A stretch of DNA of 64,000 bases, from the NCBI GenBank assembly GCA_017505785.1, contig JAFVOQ010000047.1, forward strand, positions 16,558 through 80,557, written 5' to 3'. The notes under the pieces were generated by a model that searched no databases, had not been told where the DNA came from, and was given only the letters and a program-made list of their open reading frames with translations. Made by a program: the position numbers and the translations under genes. Position 1 is the stretch's first letter. Each line of letters starts with the position of its first letter. Positions 56,435 through 64,000 of this stretch are shown one piece after another. This stretch comes from Clostridia bacterium (GTDB lineage: Bacteria > Bacillota > Clostridia > Oscillospirales > CAG-272).

Positions 56435-59400
56435 CTATTCCTTGGTATCGAAAAATCCCTTGAATGCCGAAACGGCGTTTGCAACAAACGCGGCAGCACG
56501 GAAGGGCACGAGAGATGCCTTTGTAAGGCGCGTAAAGACCTCCTTACGTGTTGCAGATCGCTCTGCCTCAAGGCTTTCGCGCTTGCGGCAAAGCCCATTC
56601 AGTGTGCGCGGCACTTGGGCAGGCAAAAGCTTACCGGGGGCAGGCGCGCTATCGCCCTGCGGCTTTAAAAATTTTTGCGTTACAGTGTCATGGGCGGCAA
56701 TGGCATAGCAAAGGGGCTTATCCGCCACCACATCGGTATCGTGCGTGCAATAATACCCGAGTTTGACACGCGCAAGGATCTCCTTACCGCGACGGATATC
56801 GATCTTTTTCGCCTCATTATCGCCGCGCAGCAGCAGCTGATCGGTTACAATGAGATCCTCCCCCTCGAGCAGCTCAACACCGTAATGGGTATTGAAATCG
56901 GCTACCGTAAGCGGGTTATTTTCGCCCTTTACCCAGACGGTAAGCGTGCTTGCGGGCGGAACGGTAATACCATCCAAGAAAAGCACGCGCGATTCTGCGG
57001 GAATTGCACACGCTCCCGTTCCCTCCCACACGCCAAGCGAATAGCCGTCCAGCACGATCGGGCTTGCGGTATGGTTGTATAGCTCGATATACGCATACGG
57101 ATTTTTCACCTTGACCCCCGCCCTTTCGGTATCGGCGGTCAGCGGCATCAGCTTGGTCACAGACACAGGCGAGATCATCACGTAAGAGGTATCGGCATAG
57201 CGTTGCTTGCTCACCATGCCCGAAGCAACGGCACTCACGCGGTGACAGCCGCCAACATCGGGGAAACGGCGAGATACGGTGTGCACCTCTCCCGGTGCAA
57301 GCTTGCCGATATGCACCTCCTCAAAGGGGGCAAGCTGACGCAAAGCAAACGCATCTTCGTCTGTAAGATAAAAATCCACCGTTACATCGGAAATGGTTTT
57401 GTCGCTCTCGTTTTTCACGGTAGCGGTTACAACGTGCGGATGCTCCGCATCCTCGGAAACGCCGTAGCTCATACGCTTGATATTGAGAAGATCCCTGCCC
57501 TCAATAAAGACAGGTGCGGTAACGGTATAACTGTTCCCGTTGGTAATGCGCAGATAATAATAATCAAAATCGGGATTGAGCTCCACGTGCCAGCGAAACT
57601 CACAAAGCGGGCCCGCCTCCACCACGGCGGCAACAATGCTATCCTCGGTCAAAAGCTCCAAAGTACCAATGCCGCCTTCACTTTCGGTGGTGACCTCCAC
57701 CTCAACGTCAAGCTTTTCAGGATTATTAAGAACAGAGCCAAGCCATGCACCGTTTACGCGGTAACGCACCTGCATGGTACGGTCTGTGGTACAATAGGTG
57801 CGGCGGCGACGCATGCCGTCAAGAATATTTTCGCGTGTCAGCGCGGGCGCAAGCACATAACCCATGCCACCCGATTCTCCCCAGTCTGCGTGGTGATTAT
57901 CCTCGTTAAGCAAGGGGGAAACGCGCCAACCGCGAGAAAGTGCCAGTGCGTATCCTGCGTGGTGACGTGTCCCGTTTACCTCCAAGAGAGCATACGTATC
58001 CTTCAAATTGCCGCCAAACGGGCGAAAATCGTCACTGTTGCCCCAGGTGTCGCTTGGGTGATTAAACATTGCGACCCCCTCGGGGTACTCGGCAACCATT
58101 TTGTTAAAGGCATCCAGATCGACCTTGAAGGAATCACAGCACACCCATGCGGTATTCAACAGATTGGTATGCCCCCAAAACCCGTTAAACTGGTGCCAGG
58201 TCATTTCAAATCCGTAGATCGTGGCAAATTTTCCGGGGGCATTATTCCGATCAGCAATCTCGATCTGTCGCGAATAGGTGTCGCGATCATAGCAGCTTGA
58301 ATGGTCGGTTACGGCAAAATAATCCATATGCGACACATTACGTGCGTGGGCATACGCCTGCTCGGGCGTGCCCTTACCGTCAGAATCTGCGGTATGACTG
58401 TGTACCTGACCGCAATACAGATTCATATCTTTCCCGTCGCCAATGGCAAAATCGTATTTATAATAGGTGCGATTACCGCGCGTGTCACGCAGGGTGATCT
58501 CCACGGTATGTGCGCCGTATGCAAGCGGCTCAACGGGATTAAAAACAACCTTTTCCTCGCTCCAGCTCGCCTTATCGGAAACATTTAAGCCGTCAAGACA
58601 AAGCACCGAAATACGGGTATTGACTCCCGAAATATCATGATATGCGATTGAAATTTGGGGGAGTGGCTCATTTTCCAGCACCTGATATGCCGCCGGGGTT
58701 GTGAAAAGCACCTCGGGGCCGCGATTATCCACCAAGGAAACCACAAAAGGCGCACGCTCGCTGCCAAGCCTTGCGGCATAAAGCCCACCCTGTACCTCAA
58801 TATAATACCGAAGCGACTCGTGCATATAGGCTACCTTGGAAAACGGCAGAACATATTCAAGCACACCGTCGTTGTTTTGGTACGCAGTGTGTGCAGAAAA
58901 GACATTGCCCTCTTGCACGTAAACCGTTGCATTGCCAATATCTGCCCCACCGATCACCGCAAATCGTATCGCCACATCACCATTTTCAAGGAAAGCACGA
59001 GAACCGGGAGATATGGGCAAAACAGCCGGCACGGTACAGTCGGCAAGATCGCATCTCACCTGCCCCACTTCAAAAAAGCCCGGGGTGGGGGTAGCGGTGG
59101 GGCTAAGGAGCTGCCCGTGGCGCGGTGTCATCATACTGTACTGCCAAAGGGTGCTAAGACGGCAACGCACATCACGGTGCTCTTCCTCAAAGCGATGTAT
59201 GGCAGTATAAACCGCATCGTCAACGCCACCGCCGCGCGGCACTATATAAAGCTCAGCGCCGTACTTGCCTCGCTCAAATCCCAATTTACGTTCGTCACAA
59301 GGCGTGCCTTGCCTGCTCTCTGGCAAAGCAAGCGTCGCGAAATAAAAGAGCAGTGAGGGGTCAGCAAGCTCCTCGGAAATTTGCGGATATCTTTCGGTAA

Positions 59401-59986
59401 GGGTGGCAAACGCCGCGGTCCTTGCCGTTTCGCGATCCTGCTCTGACACCGTTGCTTTTACAAGGTTCACCACGGCAAGTGCGCCTGCCGGGATCAAATT
59501 TTCCCCCTCCCGATCTGCCAAGGCGTTGCGGCAAAGCGCGCCGTCAAGGCGACGTACCAACAGCTCATACTCGGCAAGGTCAAGCGTTTGCTCGGTTAGA
59601 TTTTGCAGCTCCACGTATGGATAGGCACAGGGCCAAAACGAGGTTTCGGTAACGATCAGGGCCGGCAACACGGCAGGATCGGAAAGCGAAACGGTGTAAG
59701 CAACACTCTCGGCATCTTCCCTCAAAAAGCTATATTGCAATGTATCACCAAGCAGCTCCCGCCCTGCCAAGGTGGCGGCAAAAACGGTATAGCTCTGCTC
59801 GGCGCGGTAGCCGTCGACAGGCAGCATACGCACCTTGCCCCGATGCTCTTTCTTACCCAAAACAGTATAGGAGAGCTCGATGCGCGGCAGATCGGACTCA
59901 TCATCACTAAGCAAAAGCTGCAGAGTTACGTCCTTGCCACGAAGCAGCAAGGTTGCGGGGGCATGAAAGTAATTCCGAAATTCCAT
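56435..59986 (-). CDS. Large multidomain protein: LTD-like, beta-sandwich region, PHP-domain metallophosphoesterase, CARDB/Ig-like, LTD, basic C-terminal tail; no signal peptide seen
   Basis: Start moved to MEFRNYFH (RBS GAAGGGAGA, 14 nt after the DUF554 stop). PHP motif YCGQVHSHTADSDGKGTPEQAYAHARNVSHMDYFAVTDHS. LTD-like YAYIELYNHTASPIVLDGYSLGVW and YPYVELQNLTEQTLDLAEYELLV. Confidence 0.8.
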   Translation of the reverse strand: MEFRNYFHAPATLLLRGKDVTLQLLLSDDESDLPRIELSYTVLGKKEHRGKVRMLPVDGYRAEQSYTVFAATLAGRELLGDTLQYSFLREDAESVAYTVSLSDPAVLPALIVTETSFWPCAYPYVELQNLTEQTLDLAEYELLVRRLDGALCRNALADREGENLIPAGALAVVNLVKATVSEQDRETARTAAFATLTERYPQISEELADPSLLFYFATLALPESRQGTPCDERKLGFERGKYGAELYIVPRGGGVDDAVYTAIHRFEEEHRDVRCRLSTLWQYSMMTPRHGQLLSPTATPTPGFFEVGQVRCDLADCTVPAVLPISPGSRAFLENGDVAIRFAVIGGADIGNATVYVQEGNVFSAHTAYQNNDGVLEYVLPFSKVAYMHESLRYYIEVQGGLYAARLGSERAPFVVSLVDNRGPEVLFTTPAAYQVLENEPLPQISIAYHDISGVNTRISVLCLDGLNVSDKASWSEEKVVFNPVEPLAYGAHTVEITLRDTRGNRTYYKYDFAIGDGKDMNLYCGQVHSHTADSDGKGTPEQAYAHARNVSHMDYFAVTDHSSCYDRDTYSRQIEIADRNNAPGKFATIYGFEMTWHQFNGFWGHTNLLNTAWVCCDSFKVDLDAFNKMVAEYPEGVAMFNHPSDTWGNSDDFRPFGGNLKDTYALLEVNGTRHHAGYALALSRGWRVSPLLNEDNHHADWGESGGMGYVLAPALTRENILDGMRRRRTYCTTDRTMQVRYRVNGAWLGSVLNNPEKLDVEVEVTTESEGGIGTLELLTEDSIVAAVVEAGPLCEFRWHVELNPDFDYYYLRITNGNSYTVTAPVFIEGRDLLNIKRMSYGVSEDAEHPHVVTATVKNESDKTISDVTVDFYLTDEDAFALRQLAPFEEVHIGKLAPGEVHTVSRRFPDVGGCHRVSAVASGMVSKQRYADTSYVMISPVSVTKLMPLTADTERAGVKVKNPYAYIELYNHTASPIVLDGYSLGVWEGTGACAIPAESRVLFLDGITVPPASTLTVWVKGENNPLTVADFNTHYGVELLEGEDLIVTDQLLLRGDNEAKKIDIRRGKEILARVKLGYYCTHDTDVVADKPLCYAIAAHDTVTQKFLKPQGDSAPAPGKLLPAQVPRTLNGLCRKRESLEAERSATRKEVFTRLTKASLVPFRAAAFVANAVSAFKGFFDTKE

Positions 59987-60000
59987 TTTTTCTCCCTTCA

Positions 60001-60759
60001 TCAAATCGGCAAAAGCGAAAATAACGGACAAAGTACAAGAGGCAAAAACATGGCAGGCAGCATATTCATCACCTTAAGCCGTGTTACACCAAGCAGATTG
60101 GTGCCGATCCCCACCACCAAAAGCGAGCCTGTGGCAATGATCTCACCTGTGATGAGCGTAGGAATTGCGCCTGCTACCAGACTCGCCACTAAAGTCAATG
60201 TTCCCTGCAATACAAAAATCGATACGGCGGAAAGTGCCACGCCAATGCCCATGGTGGTGGCAAAGATCAACGCTGACACCATATCTATCAAAGATTTTGC
60301 ATAATATGTTGTGTGCGTGTGTGAAATGCCGCTTTCCATTGCGCCTGTAACAGTCATCGCACCGACACAAAACAGCAGTGTAGCGGTAACAAAACCCTCT
60401 GCAATACTGCCTTCTCCGCGCCCCAAGCACTTCTCGATCCATTTGCCAAGGCGATTGACCCACCCGTCAAGATCAAGCCATTCACCAACCGCCGTGCCGA
60501 TCGCCATGGAAACGATCATAACCAGCACGTTTTCGATCTTTAAGGCACCCGATATGCCAATCAGTATCACGCAAAGTCCAAGCGCACGCATTACGCTTTC
60601 GGATAGTGTTCTTTTTTCTACTATCTCCTCAGATTTGGCAGCAGTCTTTTCTTCACTTGTGCAGCGTCCCATAAAGCTCTTGATGAGCACGCCCACAAGC
60701 GCGCCAAGCAAAACTGCCACTGTATTTACGATCGTTCCCCACAGGGGTAAGCTTGTCAT
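60001..60759 (-). CDS. DUF554 family membrane protein (YdfK/YqgA-like)
   Basis: ATG 60757-60759 (MTSLPLWGTIVNTVAVLLGA) sits 6 nt after AAAGGAG. The TTG at 60765 used by the track abuts the RBS. Polytopic, Gly-rich helices. Confidence 0.8.
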   Translation of the reverse strand: MTSLPLWGTIVNTVAVLLGALVGVLIKSFMGRCTSEEKTAAKSEEIVEKRTLSESVMRALGLCVILIGISGALKIENVLVMIVSMAIGTAVGEWLDLDGWVNRLGKWIEKCLGRGEGSIAEGFVTATLLFCVGAMTVTGAMESGISHTHTTYYAKSLIDMVSALIFATTMGIGVALSAVSIFVLQGTLTLVASLVAGAIPTLITGEIIATGSLLVVGIGTNLLGVTRLKVMNMLPAMFLPLVLCPLFSLLPI

Positions 60760-60797
60760 GTGCAACTCCTTTTATACGTATAAACTATATTTAGTTT

Positions 60798-60826
60798 AGT
60801 ATATCACGCGATCCCCAAAATTGCAA
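60798..60826 (-). promoter_or_regulatory. Promoter TTGCAA-17-TATACT for the DUF554 / LTD-PHP operon
   Basis: Minus strand tctttcTTGCAAttttggggatcgcgtgaTATACTaaac. Confidence 0.6.
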
Positions 60827-60876
60827 GAAAGACACCAAATCTTTCGCTAAAGTTTTCCGATCATTCAAGGGATAGC

Positions 60877-60903
60877 AAAAAAGCCCCCTCGCAAGGAGGG
60901 GGG
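60877..60903 (-). terminator. Terminator overlapping the 3' strand of the tRNA-like element
   Basis: Minus strand CCCCCUC-CUUGC-GAGGGGG followed by CUUUUUU. Confidence 0.8.
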
Positions 60904-61014
60904 CGGAGAATCGAACTCCATCCACGCGCCAAGCGCGTGGTATTAAAGATTCTCCTTGCCGATTGCAGATTTTATAGTGCAGACTGAATCTTTCATCGGA
61001 GTGCGCTGCCCCCC
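60898..61014 (-). ncRNA. 117-nt tRNA-like structured element (not a canonical tRNA)
   Basis: 7-bp closing helix GGGGGGC/GCCCCCC. T-arm hairpin GGAGUUCGAUUCUCC with 17 nt identical to the tRNA-Lys T-arm. 8-bp GC hairpin in the variable-arm position. No D arm or anticodon arm. Confidence 0.4.
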
Positions 61015-61017
61015 GCG

Positions 61018-61076
61018 GGAGCACCACACAAAAGACCCTCCCACGCGAGGTGGGAGGGTCTTTTGTGTGGTGCTCC
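61018..61076 (-). terminator. Perfect 27-bp inverted repeat (5-nt loop) immediately 3' of tRNA-Lys; the inner part is an intrinsic terminator
   Basis: 61018-61044 is the exact reverse complement of 61050-61076. The core GACCCUCCCAC/GUGGGAGGGUC is followed by UUUUGUG. The outer 9 bp are the tRNA 3' end GGAGCACCA and its complement. Confidence 0.7.
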
Positions 61077-61143
61077 TGCGGAGAATCGAACTCCGGACAC
61101 CTTGATTAAAAGTCAAGTGCTCTACCGGCTGAGCTACAGGGGC
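61068..61143 (-). tRNA. tRNA-Lys (anticodon UUU), CCA encoded
   Basis: Minus strand GCCCCTGTAGCTCAGCCGGTAGAGCACTTGACTTTTAATCAAGGTGTCCGGAGTTCGATTCTCCGCAGGAGCACCA. Folded by hand into a cloverleaf with anticodon loop CUUUUAA. One C-A mismatch in the acceptor stem. Confidence 0.9.
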
Positions 61144-61159
61144 ATGATTGCACCCGTAT

Positions 61160-61188
61160 ATAATACCATATGAAAAGGCGTTTGTCAA
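61160..61188 (-). promoter_or_regulatory. Promoter TTGACA-17-TATTAT for tRNA-Lys
   Basis: Minus strand ctgTTGACAaacgccttttcatatggTATTATatacggg, 16 nt before the mature 5' end. Confidence 0.6.
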
Positions 61189-61222
61189 CAGGTTTTTCAA
61201 AGTTTCTTAACTTTTTTGCGTT

Positions 61223-61720
61223 TTATAATTGGCGCAATCGATCGGCAAGCATACGCACGTGCTCAGGCAAAAGCCCGGGCAGCATTGCATCATCATCCTC
61301 ACTGCTTCTAATAGAGCTACGCATCATGCGCACAAGTATTTTATCAAGCCCACGCTGCTTGGCGGGATTCAGCTCGCCGCCAAAGTAAACAACATCCTGT
61401 GCGCTTTCAAGCAAAGCCTCGGAAAAAAGCATCTGTGCATAATTTTCAAACTGATCGGCAAAGGCGCAGCAAAGGAAAAGCGTGTGCGGTATTTTTTCAA
61501 GCGTACTGCCATGCTCCTTGATATAGTTGCGCGCCGCACGGTGCAGCTTACCCATGCGAACAGCACCGCCGAAAACAATATACTCAAACCCCAAGGGGGA
61601 AACGGGTGCCTCGGTAAGATCGGAAAGCACGACCTCATGACTTGGTAAAAGTGAGGCAAGCAGCCGGCACATTTCACGCGAGCCGCCCGATTTGCCTGCA
61701 TATGCAACCAAAATTTTCAT
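61223..61720 (-). CDS. Flavodoxin-like domain protein
   Basis: From MKILVAYAGKSGGSRE (ATG 61718-61720 after GAGG). About 165 aa flavodoxin fold. Confidence 0.75.
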   Translation of the reverse strand: MKILVAYAGKSGGSREMCRLLASLLPSHEVVLSDLTEAPVSPLGFEYIVFGGAVRMGKLHRAARNYIKEHGSTLEKIPHTLFLCCAFADQFENYAQMLFSEALLESAQDVVYFGGELNPAKQRGLDKILVRMMRSSIRSSEDDDAMLPGLLPEHVRMLADRLRQL

Positions 61721-61804
61721 ACCCAAACCTCATTTCATTGCGTTATTCATAGTTTACCACATTTTGTGGCAAAATGGAATAGAAAAAAAGAAAAAAATCT
61801 CGCG

Positions 61805-61833
61805 TTGACAAATCGCACTAAAAGATATATAAT
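61805..61833 (+). promoter_or_regulatory. Perfect consensus promoter TTGACA-17-TATAAT for ligA
   Basis: TTGACA at 61805-61810 and TATAAT at 61828-61833. Confidence 0.65.
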
Positions 61834-61835
61834 AA

Positions 61836-63863
<2,028 letters not shown>

Positions 63864-64000
63864 AATGCCGTATAATTTTGGCAGTGTTTGTCATTTTATG
63901 TAAAAAGATCTCCCCAAACGCCTTTGTTATTCACCATTTGTTCATATATCTGTGCTATCCTAAAACAGTTGTGTGATTAAACTTTTTAAATATACTATCA

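Noticed and set aside
60898-61014. Idea that the tRNA-like element is tRNA-Sec or a class-II tRNA (it contains GAUUCAGUC with a UCA triplet and a long extra-arm-like hairpin).
   Set aside because: The sequences flanking UCA cannot form an anticodon stem. No 6-bp D stem with 4-nt loop or other D arm can be drawn. The length (117 nt) exceeds known tRNA-Sec. No selenoprotein machinery is visible in the window. I keep it as an unexplained tRNA-like element instead.
61018-61030. Possible T-box-like element, because UGGUGCUCC is complementary to the tRNA-Lys NCCA end.
   Set aside because: There is no Stem I, specifier loop or conserved T-box 14-mer context. The complementarity is simply the distal arm of the 27-bp hairpin, and no aminoacyl-tRNA-related gene follows.
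60943-61200. 85-aa minus-strand ORF.
   Set aside because: It is a translation of tRNA-Lys, its terminator and the tRNA-like element, so it is not a protein gene.

Overview
64-kb chromosomal segment that looks like core genome of a moderately GC-rich, spore-forming Firmicute. The Clostridia-like assignment is an inference from gpr, feoAB, the ZTP and Mn riboswitches and overall gene content; GC was judged by eye, not computed. I call about 53 protein genes at high coding density, 1 canonical tRNA, 2 riboswitches, and many intrinsic terminators and consensus-like sigma-A promoters.

Gene order:
- tail of a surface-glycan locus (epimerase, PglC-like transferase, PglD-like acetyltransferase)
- TetR plus ABC-2 exporter
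- murA
- a 9-gene ZTP-riboswitch-controlled purine/one-carbon operon: purE-purF-purM-purN, PurO-type IMP cyclohydrolase, AICAR transformylase, glyA, purD, purL
- Mn riboswitch with mntP, ddh, an HMA protein, feoA-feoB with a Cys-rich partner
- aconitase and IDH1/2-like icd
- XRE regulator, SGNH hydrolase, tadA, CPBP protease
- orphan MalK/MsmX-type ATPase, tex, rsuA-like synthase
- an operon of atypical response regulator, HtrA-like protease and two MgtC paralogs
- ychF-trmB-truB
- a degenerate UxaC-like protein, a MutS paralog, Lrp plus aminotransferase
- gpr, an orphan family-5 solute-binding lipoprotein, an MBL hydrolase, gltX-glnS
- an MsbA-like exporter
- DUF554 plus a 1183-aa LTD-PHP-LTD protein
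- tRNA-Lys followed by an odd tRNA-like RNA
- flavodoxin, ligA

I saw no CRISPR array, rRNA, transposase, integrase or phage genes.

Most unusual items:
1. A 117-nt tRNA-like element that shares its T-arm with the adjacent tRNA-Lys.
2. A short hairpin repeat family. Two copies bracket the whole tetR-ABC intergenic region like a MITE and encode the tetR stop codon.
3. Three 20-bp palindromes around the feoA promoter.
4. An OmpR-family regulator that lacks the phospho-acceptor Asp.
5. A UxaC-fold protein that lacks the HxH metal site.
6. The signal-less LTD-PHP giant protein.

Coordinates of features not taken from the ORF track were counted by hand and may be off by 1-2 nt.
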